Assembly (NCBI GenBank): GCA_051745305.1
Contig: JBNJDY010000001.1
Location: forward strand, 2,065 to 66,064
From: Thermoplasmatota archaeon
GTDB taxonomy: Archaea > Thermoplasmatota > Thermoplasmata > Halarchaeoplasmatales > Halarchaeoplasmataceae
Length of the DNA: 64,000 bases
Reading direction: 5' to 3'
In this document: one piece after another, positions 49,965-60,069 of the stretch
Position numbering within the stretch: position 1 is the first letter of the stretch
How the letters are laid out: the number at the start of each line of letters is the position of its first letter
Notes under the pieces: model-generated
Told to the model about the DNA's origin: nothing
What the model saw: only the letters and a program-made list of their open reading frames with translations
The model's database searches: none
Made by a program: the position numbers and the translations under genes

Positions 49965-50177
49965 CTATCTAACTCCTATACTTTTCGCTTCCCTAGCAGT
50001 CTCTCTAAGCATCAGCTTGTCGCCTTTCTGAACAGGTCCCATTACATTCCGAGTGATTATTCTACCCTCGTCTCTTCCTTCAAGGACTCTGACTTTAACC
50101 TGGGTAGCCTCTCCGGTCATCCCGGTCCTACCTACTATTTCGACAACTTCACCCGGCGTACCTTCATATTCTGCCAT
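49965..50177 (-). CDS. rps28e: Ribosomal protein S28e
   Basis: It has the [40 protein letters not shown] motif. Confidence 0.9.
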   Translation of the reverse strand: MAEYEGTPGEVVEIVGRTGMTGEATQVKVRVLEGRDEGRIITRNVMGPVQKGDKLMLRETAREAKSIGVR

Positions 50178-50204
50178 TTGAAACTCCTCTTTATATTATT
50201 TTTA

Positions 50205-50570
50205 TTATTTCAATTCTTCAATCGAATTTTTAATGTTTTCTATCATCTGTTCCGCCTTTCCTGGATCCGTTATAGCCACGGATGCGGAATAAGAATCTAT
50301 ACCAGAAGCAGCTCCGAGTTCTTGTTTACTTGGGACGTAAGCATAAGGAACACCTCTTTCTTCACACAATAAAGGCATGTGTGCTAAAATCTCCGGCGGG
50401 TTAACATCTTCTGCCATGACTACAAATTTAGCGTCACCACGTTCAACAACCTTGGTTACCTCGTTAGTTCCCTTTCTAACCTCTCCAGTATCCCTTGCTA
50501 TCTCTACTGCTTCATAACTTTTATCGATCAACTCTTCAGACATTTCGAAATTTACATACATTTTTGCCAT
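50205..50570 (-). CDS. rpl7ae: Ribosomal protein L7Ae (K-turn binding)
   Basis: It has the [29 protein letters not shown]...[12 protein letters not shown] motif. The listed ORF start at 50603 is probably 11 codons too long. Confidence 0.85.
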   Translation of the reverse strand: MAKMYVNFEMSEELIDKSYEAVEIARDTGEVRKGTNEVTKVVERGDAKFVVMAEDVNPPEILAHMPLLCEERGVPYAYVPSKQELGAASGIDSYSASVAITDPGKAEQMIENIKNSIEELK

Positions 50571-50730
50571 TATTAACACCTCTTTCGGACGTATCGTCCT
50601 CACAAATCATCGGTATATTACCAATGGAGTAAGCCCTTTACAGAAGGTATAATATAAAAACCTTTTTCCACTCCTTATGGACTTGCTTGTTAATCCGTAA
50701 AGATTAAAGTAATTAAAACTATCTGAAACC

Positions 50731-52479
50731 ATGAAAGGCTGGTGGAGAAAGTTAGCCAAGGTTGACCTAAGTGATCGCGAAATTCAGTTTGAGGAGGTCG
50801 ACAAGGGTATACTCGTTGACTATATAGGTGGAAGAGGATTGGGCGGTAGATTACTATACGAAGAGATCAAATCTACTGAATATCCACTAGATGAAAACGT
50901 ATTGGTGTTTACTAGAGGACCTTTAACGGGAACCATGGTTCCCACTAGTGGTAGATTTTCCGTTTCTACCATCTCACCACTCACAGGTACTATATTAGAT
51001 TCTAACGTAGGAGGATTTTTTGGTAAACATTTTTCTTCAACAGGTATCGATGCACTCATTGTGAAAGGAAAATCTGATATTCCGGTTGTATTGAAGGTCG
51101 ACAATGATGAAATTACCATAGAAGAAACTGACCTCTGGGGTAAGACCGTAAGTGAGACTTTAGATTCTTTAAATGGAGCTAACGCAGTTATCGGCCCAGC
51201 AGGTGAAAATTTAGTTCGTTTTGCCAATGTTGTCACTGATGATGACCGTGTTTTCGGAAGAGGCGGGGTAGGTACGGTTATGGGTTCTAAGAATTTGAAA
51301 GGGTTATCTGTCAAAGGAGATAAGAAGATAGAAGTAGATAACCGAGAACTGTTAAAAAATTATCTAAAAAAAGCCGTTTCTAAAATAGAATCGTCTCCAG
51401 TTACTTCTAGAGGTTTGAGAAAATTCGGCACTCCTATACTTGTAAACCTTTTAGAATGGCTCGGGATGTTTCCCCTTGAAAACTTTCAGAGGGTTAAAGA
51501 TGATAGGGTCGATAATCTCTCCGGCGAAACGATGAAAGATGAGATAGTGGAGGGTCATTACCGATGTCACGCATGTCCCATAAGATGCGGATTGAAAACT
51601 AAGACTGACAAGATGAAAGGAAAGGGACCAGAGTACGAAAGCGTATGGGCACTCGGTGCAAATCTAGGTATATTTGATCTGAAAAAAACCACCGAAGCCA
51701 ATTATCTGTGTAATGAATTAGGGCTCGATACTATAACCACTGGTGGTACCATCGCTAGTGCTATGGAGATGTTCGAGAAAGGTGTATGGGATGAAACAGA
51801 TGGTTTTGGAAGTGATGTGACCGAACTGATAAAGATGATCGCTTACCGTGATGGAGTTGGAAACGAATTAGCAGAGGGATCTAAACGGTTATGCGAGAGA
51901 TACAACTGTGATTACTCCATGTCTGTTAAAGGTATGGAACTGCCTGCTTACGATCCACGTGGTGCTGCGGGACAAGCTTTATCTTTTGCCACTTCTAACA
52001 GAGGTGGGTGTCATCTTCGTGGATACATGATAGGGGAAGAGATATTTGGAGTTCCAAAATTGTTCGACAGGTTTAACACTAGTGGGAAGGCGGAAGTGGT
52101 AAAGCGGTCTCAGGAAAGGAACGCTTACCTGGATTCACTCATAGTCTGTAAGTTCAGTTCCTTCGCCTTAGGGGAGGAATATTACTCTAGGTTTTTGAAA
52201 GCTGTAACAGGTATAGATTATACCGTCGGAGAACTGCATAAAATCGGAGAGAGGATCTACAATTTAGAAAGAATGTTCAATATTTCCAACGGTTTTTCTA
52301 GGGACGATGATCGGTTACCTGAACGGTTCAACAAACCGCTCCCTAAAGGGGCTAGCTCCGGGAACGTATTCGATATGGAAAAAATGCTTGATGATTATTA
52401 CAAAGCCATGGACTGGGATAAAGAAGGGAAACCTAATGAAAAGAAACTCGATGAATTAAATTTAGGTTTCATGGTTTGA
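50731..52479 (+). CDS. aor: Aldehyde:ferredoxin oxidoreductase family (tungstopterin enzyme)
   Basis: It has the N-terminal LxVDLS..I.FEEV..GIL.DYIGGRGLG motif and is 582 aa, within the usual AOR length range. Confidence 0.85.
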   Translation: MKGWWRKLAKVDLSDREIQFEEVDKGILVDYIGGRGLGGRLLYEEIKSTEYPLDENVLVFTRGPLTGTMVPTSGRFSVSTISPLTGTILDSNVGGFFGKHFSSTGIDALIVKGKSDIPVVLKVDNDEITIEETDLWGKTVSETLDSLNGANAVIGPAGENLVRFANVVTDDDRVFGRGGVGTVMGSKNLKGLSVKGDKKIEVDNRELLKNYLKKAVSKIESSPVTSRGLRKFGTPILVNLLEWLGMFPLENFQRVKDDRVDNLSGETMKDEIVEGHYRCHACPIRCGLKTKTDKMKGKGPEYESVWALGANLGIFDLKKTTEANYLCNELGLDTITTGGTIASAMEMFEKGVWDETDGFGSDVTELIKMIAYRDGVGNELAEGSKRLCERYNCDYSMSVKGMELPAYDPRGAAGQALSFATSNRGGCHLRGYMIGEEIFGVPKLFDRFNTSGKAEVVKRSQERNAYLDSLIVCKFSSFALGEEYYSRFLKAVTGIDYTVGELHKIGERIYNLERMFNISNGFSRDDDRLPERFNKPLPKGASSGNVFDMEKMLDDYYKAMDWDKEGKPNEKKLDELNLGFMV

Positions 52480-52485
52480 ATTCGT

Positions 52486-53004
52486 TTAAGATTCGATCAT
52501 ATCTCTAAGAGTTTCAAATGAGATAGGTTCCTCGATGAGTAAGTTCTTACTTTCTACTAACTCCATGAATTTTTCTTTATCTTTCATCCTGGTTTTGTAA
52601 AAATGTTCCCCCTTTAAATCGCCGTTATCTCTATGAACGATATATAAAGTTCTAGGGAGCTCCTCGATATTGTAGTACACCTTTTCTACATCATCTATGT
52701 GTATTCTAGTTATCTCTGAGGATAATTTTGCATTATATTTGAGTATATGATCTCCTTCGATCAACATATCATCCATTAGGGAACGTAACTCTCCGATTTC
52801 TTTCATCAGTCGATAACCTAGAAAAAAGATGTACCCGAAACCAGCTATGTAGTAGAACAACAAGTAATAAAACCGATCTTCGTAAATTGAAACGACCAGG
52901 ATAAATAGACCCATAACTATCAGTCCGGCTATTTTCCCGTACATCTTGCGTTTCCTGCGCTTCTTCTCTTTTTTCAAATCTTCTTCATAATCCGGATCAT
53001 CCAT
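52486..53004 (-). CDS. Membrane protein (2 TM plus cytoplasmic PH-like domain, YdbS-type topology)
   Basis: It has a basic N-terminus, two TM helices and a roughly 90 aa soluble C-terminus. Confidence 0.35.
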   Translation of the reverse strand: MDDPDYEEDLKKEKKRRKRKMYGKIAGLIVMGLFILVVSIYEDRFYYLLFYYIAGFGYIFFLGYRLMKEIGELRSLMDDMLIEGDHILKYNAKLSSEITRIHIDDVEKVYYNIEELPRTLYIVHRDNGDLKGEHFYKTRMKDKEKFMELVESKNLLIEEPISFETLRDMIES

Positions 53005-53070
53005 GCTTTCACCGTAAGTTTTTAGAAATCAATATCAAACAAATTATTAAAAGCATTGTGGTCAGGACGA

Positions 53071-53685
53071 TCATTCTTTATGGTCTTCGGTATGTTTGCA
53101 CTCGGGATAATTCGTGCATCCGTAAAATTTACCATATTTTCCTTCCCGTAGGACCATCTCGCTCCCACATTCTGGACAGACTTTTCTTTCATCCTTTTTC
53201 TTGATTTTATGTAGAGTCCTATGATCTTTTATTGCGGTTTGTGCCAGACCGTCAGCACGTCCATTCTTTTCTCTCATTATATGTTTGAACTCCACAGATA
53301 TAGATTTGTTCTCAAATTCATCGATTAGAGTTTTTAGCTGTTCGTAAAGATCAATTATATTGCTGGATTTAACTGACCAGTCACCGTTAATCTGGTTTAC
53401 CATTAATTGAGAATCGGACATCAAGGTGATCTTATCGATATCTTCAAAACGCTCTTCAGATAATCTTAACCATTTGAACGCTTTTATAGGTGCCATATAC
53501 TCGGCGAAATTGTTGGTAGCTCCTTCTCCTGTTTTCAGTACTCCATAGTCCTCTCTGACCGTTCTACCTCCCTTTTCTATAAGATAACCGTAAGCAGCCA
53601 CTCCTCCCGGGTTCTTTCCACTGCAGGCTCCATCAGTATGTATCACCAGTTCTTTGTTTTTTTTCTTAGTTCTCGACATCATCAT
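53071..53685 (-). CDS. rnhA: Ribonuclease HI fused to a C-terminal topoisomerase-type C4 zinc ribbon
   Basis: It has the RNase H motif VIHTDGACSGKNPGG plus a conserved D/E pattern. The C-terminal CPECGSEM...YGCTNYPEC matches the TopA zinc ribbons. Confidence 0.7.
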   Translation of the reverse strand: MMMSRTKKKNKELVIHTDGACSGKNPGGVAAYGYLIEKGGRTVREDYGVLKTGEGATNNFAEYMAPIKAFKWLRLSEERFEDIDKITLMSDSQLMVNQINGDWSVKSSNIIDLYEQLKTLIDEFENKSISVEFKHIMREKNGRADGLAQTAIKDHRTLHKIKKKDERKVCPECGSEMVLREGKYGKFYGCTNYPECKHTEDHKE

Positions 53686-53792
53686 TACATCCTTGCACTG
53701 TCATAAAGCCTTTACCTTTAAGCTTAATGGAAACACATAGAATACGAAACTTTATTAATATTAGTTTACGTTGTTAAGATACGATAGGAGAT

Positions 53793-54260
53793 GTGATATA
53801 CATGGCAGATTTGAAATTGACAAGTCCCAAATTTCCGGATGGAGAAGCGATACCGGAGAAATATGGGTACAAGAGAGAAAACGTGAACCCACCCTTGAAG
53901 ATAAAAAATGTTCCGGAGAATGCAGAATCCCTGGCCTTGGTCATGGATGATCCAGATGCTATGAAACCCGCTGGTAAGGTGTGGGATCACTGGGTGATCT
54001 GGAACATAGACCCGGATACTACCCTCATAGAAGAGGATCAGGTCCCTAAAGGAGCGACAGAGGGTAAAAGCGATTATGGAGAAAAGGGATATGGAGGACC
54101 GAATCCACCAGATGCGAAACATGCCTATAATTTTAAATTGTATGCACTGGATACCAAGTTGGACATCCCATCTAACTCGACTAAGAAAGACTTGGAGAAA
54201 GCCATGATGGGGCATATCATCGATAAGACCAAGTTGACAGGAACGTTCGAACCGATCTAA
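53793..54260 (+). CDS. PEBP (YbhB/YbcL) family protein
   Basis: It has the motifs DPDAM, HWVIWNI and GYGGPNPPDAKH. Confidence 0.8.
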   Translation: MIYMADLKLTSPKFPDGEAIPEKYGYKRENVNPPLKIKNVPENAESLALVMDDPDAMKPAGKVWDHWVIWNIDPDTTLIEEDQVPKGATEGKSDYGEKGYGGPNPPDAKHAYNFKLYALDTKLDIPSNSTKKDLEKAMMGHIIDKTKLTGTFEPI

Positions 54261-54334
54261 AACCCTTTTCTTTTTTACATTATCATTCTAAAAAAGTTTA
54301 TACCTGAGAGGCTGTTTTTACCAAAGGTAATCAC

Positions 54335-54925
54335 ATGGACCGAAAAATCCTAGAAGAGATGAAAAAGTATGGAGAATTCCTGGAAAACAGGGGGCTTAAT
54401 CTATCGTCTCACAGTGGGAACATGAGTGTTAAAAGAGGTGATCGTATCGTTATCAAAAGAAGAGGGGCTATGATGGGGGATCTTCAAAAAGAAGATATCG
54501 TGGAAACCGGTTTAGAGGAGGACGATTCTGGGGTCATCATCGCTTCTACGGAGATAGGAGTTCATCGAGCTATTTACAAAAAAACATCAGCACTAGCCAT
54601 AGTTCACGCTCATACACCCTACGCCATCGCACTTTCCATCACACGAGATGACATAATACCTATAGACGATGAAGGACGATATCATCTAAAGAGGGTTCCG
54701 ATACTGGACGTAAAAGAATCTATAGGATCGAAAGAGGTGGCAGAAAAGCTCCCAGATATATTACAGAACTATAACGCCGCAATCGTTAAAGGTCACGGGA
54801 CCTTTGCACACGGTGAGAACCTAGAAGAAGCTTACAACTGGATAACGGTTGTGGAGAGTATATGTAAGATCATTTACCTGGTCGAGAACTTAGGTGGAGA
54901 CACGGTCAAGGAGGAGATCTGGTGA
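54335..54925 (+). CDS. Class II aldolase/adducin-family protein
   Basis: It has GNMSV and a HAHTP zinc-ligand region. Confidence 0.7.
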   Translation: MDRKILEEMKKYGEFLENRGLNLSSHSGNMSVKRGDRIVIKRRGAMMGDLQKEDIVETGLEEDDSGVIIASTEIGVHRAIYKKTSALAIVHAHTPYAIALSITRDDIIPIDDEGRYHLKRVPILDVKESIGSKEVAEKLPDILQNYNAAIVKGHGTFAHGENLEEAYNWITVVESICKIIYLVENLGGDTVKEEIW

Positions 54926-55350
54926 CCTTTCATTACATAGAGTTCAAAGCGTACTGTCAGGCCACTGAAGATCCTGATAAAGTCATCCAATCTATCGTTA
55001 ACATAGCCGGGGAAAGTATAGAGCTAGAAAAGGAAGATGCTGAAGGTTATTACGGCAACCCAATCGAAATAATCGAGGGGAATATATCTAGGAATAGGGA
55101 GATGGACATGGTTTTTAGGAAATTACCAGAAACGGTGATCCAAACTTTGTTAAATTCGTTAGAGAGAAGGATGGACGAAAGATGCAATTTCTTTTTCAGA
55201 TTGGATAAACAGCAAGCCTATGAAAAGAATTTCGTACTCTCTGATGGGAGCAACACTATCAAGTGCCGGGCTAGAGTGGAAAGTTATCCTGCTAAAAGGG
55301 AGAAAGCTATACAGCGCATAGAAAATTATCTAAAAAGTGTTTTAGATTGA
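54922..55350 (+). CDS. Conserved hypothetical protein
   Basis: This is a 142 aa protein with no recognisable motif. It overlaps the aldolase gene by 4 bp. Confidence 0.3.
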   Translation: MTFHYIEFKAYCQATEDPDKVIQSIVNIAGESIELEKEDAEGYYGNPIEIIEGNISRNREMDMVFRKLPETVIQTLLNSLERRMDERCNFFFRLDKQQAYEKNFVLSDGSNTIKCRARVESYPAKREKAIQRIENYLKSVLD

Positions 55351-55392
55351 ACAAGTTTTTAATAATTCTCTAGATATACCGTACCGTATCAC

Positions 55393-56370
55393 ATGAATAT
55401 GGGAGTTATAGGCGTAGGCTCGATGGGACAGAATCACGCTAGAGTTTTATCAGGAATGGATTCACTTGGAGCAGTACTAGATTCTAACGAAAAACTTGCA
55501 GAAGAATTAGGGAAAAGATTCAATGTACCTTATTTTACAGACATCGATAATTTTTTAAAATCTGATTTAGACGGTGTAACCGTAGCGACCCCTGCCAGAA
55601 CACATAATGAAATCGCCACGGAAGTCATGGAACATGGATTAGATGTTCTAGTGGAAAAACCGATAGCTTTGAACAGTTCGAAAGCAAGAGAACTTGTAGA
55701 AAAAGCCTCGAAAGAAGATCTTATACTGGCAGTCGGGATGATAGAAAGACACAATCCAGTGATCTCTACAGCTAAAACTTTACTCAACGATGGTGATGTC
55801 GGAGATGCCATAACTATGAGTTCAAAAAGAGTGAGTTCGTTCCCTGCTAGAGTTTCGGATATGGGCGTGATTATGGATTTAGCTATTCACGACCTTGACG
55901 TGATGAGATACTTATCCGAAGACGAGATCACGTCCGTTTACACTTCTGGAGGACCATCTAATAACGGTTCAGGTCACGAAGATCACGCTAATATTTTGAT
56001 CCAATTCGAAAACGGTATCGACGGGTTACTGGAAGTCAATTGGCTGACACCTCATAAAGTCAGAAACTTGTGGATAACGTGCTCTAAGGAGTACATAGAA
56101 ATTGATTATATCGACCAGACCATGGTGATAAGTTCTTCGCAATTATTGGAATACGATGTGAGCAACTTATTCGATATACCTTTGGAACATAATATACGTA
56201 AATATTCAGTTAAAAGACAGGAACCGTTAATAAGAGAACTACAAGACTTTATAGATTCTATTAAAGAAAGGCGAGAACCCATGGTAAATGGTGAAGACGG
56301 ACTGAAGAGTATGAAGGTGGCGGAGGCTGCTTTAAAATCTTTAAGGCAGAGAAAGAAAATTGAGTTGTGA
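55393..56370 (+). CDS. Gfo/Idh/MocA-family NAD-dependent sugar oxidoreductase
   Basis: It has an N-terminal Rossmann fold (MGVIGVGSMGQNHARVL), an EKP motif and a C-terminal alpha/beta domain. Confidence 0.8.
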   Translation: MNMGVIGVGSMGQNHARVLSGMDSLGAVLDSNEKLAEELGKRFNVPYFTDIDNFLKSDLDGVTVATPARTHNEIATEVMEHGLDVLVEKPIALNSSKARELVEKASKEDLILAVGMIERHNPVISTAKTLLNDGDVGDAITMSSKRVSSFPARVSDMGVIMDLAIHDLDVMRYLSEDEITSVYTSGGPSNNGSGHEDHANILIQFENGIDGLLEVNWLTPHKVRNLWITCSKEYIEIDYIDQTMVISSSQLLEYDVSNLFDIPLEHNIRKYSVKRQEPLIRELQDFIDSIKERREPMVNGEDGLKSMKVAEAALKSLRQRKKIEL

Positions 56371-56957
56371 TGAACATGGTCAATAAACTCGGACCTTTGG
56401 AATTACCAGATGACATTATAATAGGTGAAAATGTAATTATGGGTTATCCGGTTAAAGAAAATATATCTTGTTTAAAGGGCAAAGATTTTACAGATTTAGC
56501 AAAGACCGTGATCGGATCCGGATCCATCATCCGAGACTTCACCGTGATCTATTCTGATGTAAAAATCGGTAAAGGTGTTATAACTGGACACCATGTACTG
56601 ATCCGAGAGGGATGTATAATAGGAGATCACTGTTTGATAGGTTCAGGCTCTATAATCGAAAATGATTGTGACATCGGGGATAACGTATCTCTGCAGAGCG
56701 GGGTATATTTATCGACAGGCACTAAAATCAAAAATGATGTCTTCATGGGACCTAATGTATGTATAACCAATGATAAAAAGATGGATTCTAACATTCAGCC
56801 AGTCGTAATAGAAAAGGGAGCCAAAATCGGTGCTAATTCTACGATCATTTCTGGTGTAAAAGTTGGTAAAGATTCGATGGTAGGAGCGGGTTCTGTTGTG
56901 ACAAAAGATGTCCCGGGTGACTCTCTAGTCTATGGAAATCCTGCAGAAGAGAGATGA
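56367..56957 (+). CDS. Hexapeptide-repeat (left-handed beta-helix) acetyltransferase
   Basis: It has repeated [LIV]G.....I hexads (IGDHCLIGSGSIIE...) and overlaps the oxidoreductase gene by 4 bp. Confidence 0.8.
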   Translation: MMNMVNKLGPLELPDDIIIGENVIMGYPVKENISCLKGKDFTDLAKTVIGSGSIIRDFTVIYSDVKIGKGVITGHHVLIREGCIIGDHCLIGSGSIIENDCDIGDNVSLQSGVYLSTGTKIKNDVFMGPNVCITNDKKMDSNIQPVVIEKGAKIGANSTIISGVKVGKDSMVGAGSVVTKDVPGDSLVYGNPAEER

Positions 56958-57008
56958 ATCATCACCGTGATAGTTACATGGTTATAAATCTTTTTTAGAA
57001 AGATTTAT

Positions 57009-57533
57009 TTGGTGCCCTATTATTTGACTAGAACAGATAGCATGGCAGAAGTACAGCAATTGATCGACCAGGGAGAAAGATTACTAAATGAATTTGATTA
57101 CAAAGGAGCCCATAAAAAATTCAAAAAGGCTCTTGATAAAGATAAAAATGCGAGGGCTCATTTTGGTAAAGCTGAGGCTGCATTAGGGATACCTGAAATC
57201 GAATCAGAGGAAATCATAGCAGACTATGAAAAAGCTATCGAATTGGAAGAGAATCCGTTTTATCACCAAGCTGTAGCCTCTTTCTGCATAGATGTTGGTA
57301 AATTCGAAAAGGCTGAAGAGCATTATCGGGAAGCCGCTGAGCTTGATCCTGAGAACAAACCTCATTATCTCTCAGAATTAGCAGTTGGATACAGATTTAA
57401 AGCTCCTATTATGATGGAGAAACTCATCCAACAGACCGGCCAAGGTGAGGATATCATATTAAGAAAATCTCTCAACTATATGTTAGAAGCACTAGACATA
57501 GACAGGGATAAAGCAAAAGAATTACTTGGTTAA
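57009..57533 (+). CDS. TPR-repeat protein
   Basis: It has three or more TPR-like helical repeats (AHFGKAEAALG..., EEHYREAAELDPEN). Confidence 0.5.
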   Translation: MVPYYLTRTDSMAEVQQLIDQGERLLNEFDYKGAHKKFKKALDKDKNARAHFGKAEAALGIPEIESEEIIADYEKAIELEENPFYHQAVASFCIDVGKFEKAEEHYREAAELDPENKPHYLSELAVGYRFKAPIMMEKLIQQTGQGEDIILRKSLNYMLEALDIDRDKAKELLG

Positions 57534-57583
57534 ATTACCACGTAAACTTTATATTCTACCACTAGTAGTATTCCCTGAATAAG

Positions 57584-57886
57584 ATGTTCTGTCCAAAGTG
57601 TAATTCGTTAATGAAGCCCAATGAAGGAGAATGGTTCTGTAAAAAATGTGAGTTCACAAGAAAGGTCAAAGATGATGACCACACCTCTATCACATCTAAA
57701 AAACAGACTAAAGAAACAATAATTATCGAAGAAGAAGTGGATACTTTACCAACAACCAAAGTTAGATGCCCAGAATGTGATAATAATAAAGCTTATTGGA
57801 GATTAGAGCAAACTAGAGCCGCAGATGAACCTGAAACCAGAATATATAGATGCACTGAATGCCGTCACACCTGGAGAGAATATTAA
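57584..57886 (+). CDS. tfs: Transcription factor S / RNA polymerase subunit M
   Basis: It has an N-terminal zinc ribbon (FCPKCNSLM...CKKC) and a C-terminal TFIIS-type ribbon (CPECDNNKAYW..QTRAADEPETRIYRCTECRHTW). Confidence 0.9.
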   Translation: MFCPKCNSLMKPNEGEWFCKKCEFTRKVKDDDHTSITSKKQTKETIIIEEEVDTLPTTKVRCPECDNNKAYWRLEQTRAADEPETRIYRCTECRHTWREY

Positions 57887-57905
57887 AATAATCAAGGTGG
57901 GTTAA

Positions 57906-58523
57906 ATGTTCGAAATCGGACAAATTAGATTTCGTGCTATGGATAGGGAGGATATACCTCTATTAGTCAATTGGGAAAGTGAACACCAGGTAACTCTTTT
58001 TTCTAGAGGTGAACCGATAGTTCTTAAGAACAGGGATGATGTGGAAAAAGAGTATGAAGAGAACCTTAAAGACGATGATAAAATGGTGATGATTGTCGAA
58101 CTGATCGGGGATGATAAAGCAGTTGGGATCGCTACTGTGAAAAAGCGTTCTAATAAAGTTAGAAACGCAGATATCGGAACCTACATAGGTGAAAAAGACT
58201 TTTGGAACAAAGGATTAGGGACGAATATCACTTTGGGTTTGTGTGAAATGTTATTTGTTCATAAAAATTACGATAGGATTAGTGCATGGAGCAGTTCAAT
58301 TAATAAAAGAGCCCACAAGGTATTAGAAAGGTTAGGCTTCAAAAAGACAGGTGTGGCAAGGAAAAGCGGTTATCTATTTGGTAATCGTATGGATTGGGTC
58401 TTCTTCGATCTGTTGAAAGAGGAGTACATGGAAAAGAGAGATGAATATTTAGAAGATTATCTAGAAGATAAAGTAACTTATCTTAAGAGGTACTGTGGCA
58501 TCAATTTTACACCCAAGAAATAA
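57906..58523 (+). CDS. GNAT N-acetyltransferase (RimJ/RimL-like)
   Basis: It has the N-terminal FRAMDREDIPLLVNW motif and the acetyl-CoA motif region (KGLGTNI). Confidence 0.65.
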   Translation: MFEIGQIRFRAMDREDIPLLVNWESEHQVTLFSRGEPIVLKNRDDVEKEYEENLKDDDKMVMIVELIGDDKAVGIATVKKRSNKVRNADIGTYIGEKDFWNKGLGTNITLGLCEMLFVHKNYDRISAWSSSINKRAHKVLERLGFKKTGVARKSGYLFGNRMDWVFFDLLKEEYMEKRDEYLEDYLEDKVTYLKRYCGINFTPKK

Positions 58524-58577
58524 TGTTGTCAACTATGTAAAAATTAAAGTAAGATAAACTTCTTTTCTAAAATCAGA

Positions 58578-59726
58578 ATGAAGTCGGAATTGTCATTGAA
58601 CTACAAAGATAAAGTTCTCCTATTTCTAAGAGATCACATCGGTTTGGATGAAGAAACCGACCTACCAGAAGATGTCACCCAAAAAGGTATTTCTGAAAAT
58701 ATAGGTATGTCAAGAACTCATGCATCGAGATTACTTAAAGAACTGAGGGAGAAAGGTTTTCTTAACGAAGATTTATGCAGTGTTGAGGGCCATGAACGTA
58801 AATTAAAAACTTACAGATTAACATCTAAAGGGTTTAAAAAGTCAGAAAAGCTCTATGAAGATTTTATGGAGAAAAAAGTTCCTATCGTTTATAAAGAAGG
58901 AAAAAAATCCATGAAGATCTCCAATGTGTTAGATAGATATGAAAAAAATCCCACGTTGTTAGAAATGATACGTATTTTAGAAAATGAAGAATTGCCTCTA
59001 AATATTTATGATACTGAAGAGACGATCACATTCCTTGAAGATGCGCCTGACTTCGAAGAAATGATCAATAGGAAAAGAGAATTGGAGGAATTAGAAAGAT
59101 GGTTTGAAAGCGATATTCCCGTAGCCGTTATACTCGGGAGAAGGGGATATGGTTGCTCGACTCTAGCTCGTTCTTTTATCGAAGGGAAGAATAGACATGT
59201 ATTATGGATTAAAGTCGCTAAAAAACCCTTAGAACGGATCAAAAAACAAATTGTATTTTTTTTAAAAGAGTTGGGTGCAGAAGAAAATAAAAACATAATT
59301 AAAAAACTGTGTCGGAAAAATGTTCTAGTTGTACTCGATGATTATTACGAAGTTGATGACGATCTAGTGGATTTTCTTGATGAATATATAAAAATAAGTG
59401 GTAGAGATGTCAAAAGCAAACTCCTTGTAACTTCAAGAAAAGGAATTCCCGTCTATGAAAGATTTTACAAGATCCAAGATGTGAACAACGACGATGTAAG
59501 AGAAATAGACATCTCACCATTAGATAAATATGATGCCCAAGAACTCTTAGGAACCCACTTAAAAAAAGAAGCTTTAGATAGATTGATGTTGATGACAAAA
59601 GGGTCTCCACTCTTACTTAAACTATTAAAAGTAGAAGATCGAAAAAAGCTTCATGAAGTAAGCCCCCTCAGTAAAGAACAGATTTCTTTATTGATATTTT
59701 TGAAATCGGAAGAATTGAAACAATAG
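58578..59726 (+). CDS. wHTH plus Arch_ATPase-like P-loop protein with degenerate Walker A (Lys replaced by Cys)
   Basis: The N-terminal HTH is ISENIGMSRTHASRLLKELREKGFL. The putative P-loop is VILGRRGYGCST, where GKT has become GCS. The Walker B-like motif is VLVVLDDYY. Confidence 0.55.
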   Translation: MKSELSLNYKDKVLLFLRDHIGLDEETDLPEDVTQKGISENIGMSRTHASRLLKELREKGFLNEDLCSVEGHERKLKTYRLTSKGFKKSEKLYEDFMEKKVPIVYKEGKKSMKISNVLDRYEKNPTLLEMIRILENEELPLNIYDTEETITFLEDAPDFEEMINRKRELEELERWFESDIPVAVILGRRGYGCSTLARSFIEGKNRHVLWIKVAKKPLERIKKQIVFFLKELGAEENKNIIKKLCRKNVLVVLDDYYEVDDDLVDFLDEYIKISGRDVKSKLLVTSRKGIPVYERFYKIQDVNNDDVREIDISPLDKYDAQELLGTHLKKEALDRLMLMTKGSPLLLKLLKVEDRKKLHEVSPLSKEQISLLIFLKSEELKQ

Positions 59727-59778
59727 CTGTATAAATAGTAATATTTTTATTACATAAGAGATTGGGAGATGTGATAAC

Positions 59779-60069
59779 ATGTATGCAGTATTTGAAGTTG
59801 ACTCCGATAAATTCGAGTTGATCCAGGATGTATTATCCGATGAGTTAGTTAGCCGCCAGACTACCAGTATAAGAGATGGTAAAAGTTTGGGTATGAAAGA
59901 AGACGTCAATTATTTCCTGGTTGAAGGTAGCGAAGAAGCAATTGAAAGAGCAGTTGAATTATTCAGTGAAGAAGGTATAGAAAAAGCTGAAAACGCTGAA
60001 GAAGTAAAAAAAGCTATCGAAAAAGAAGATGAAGCTGCTGCCCAAGGTATGGGAACGGTCTTCGGTTAA
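59779..60069 (+). CDS. Small acidic hypothetical protein
   Basis: This 96 aa E/D-rich protein is followed by a T-rich terminator. Confidence 0.35.
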   Translation: MYAVFEVDSDKFELIQDVLSDELVSRQTTSIRDGKSLGMKEDVNYFLVEGSEEAIERAVELFSEEGIEKAENAEEVKKAIEKEDEAAAQGMGTVFG

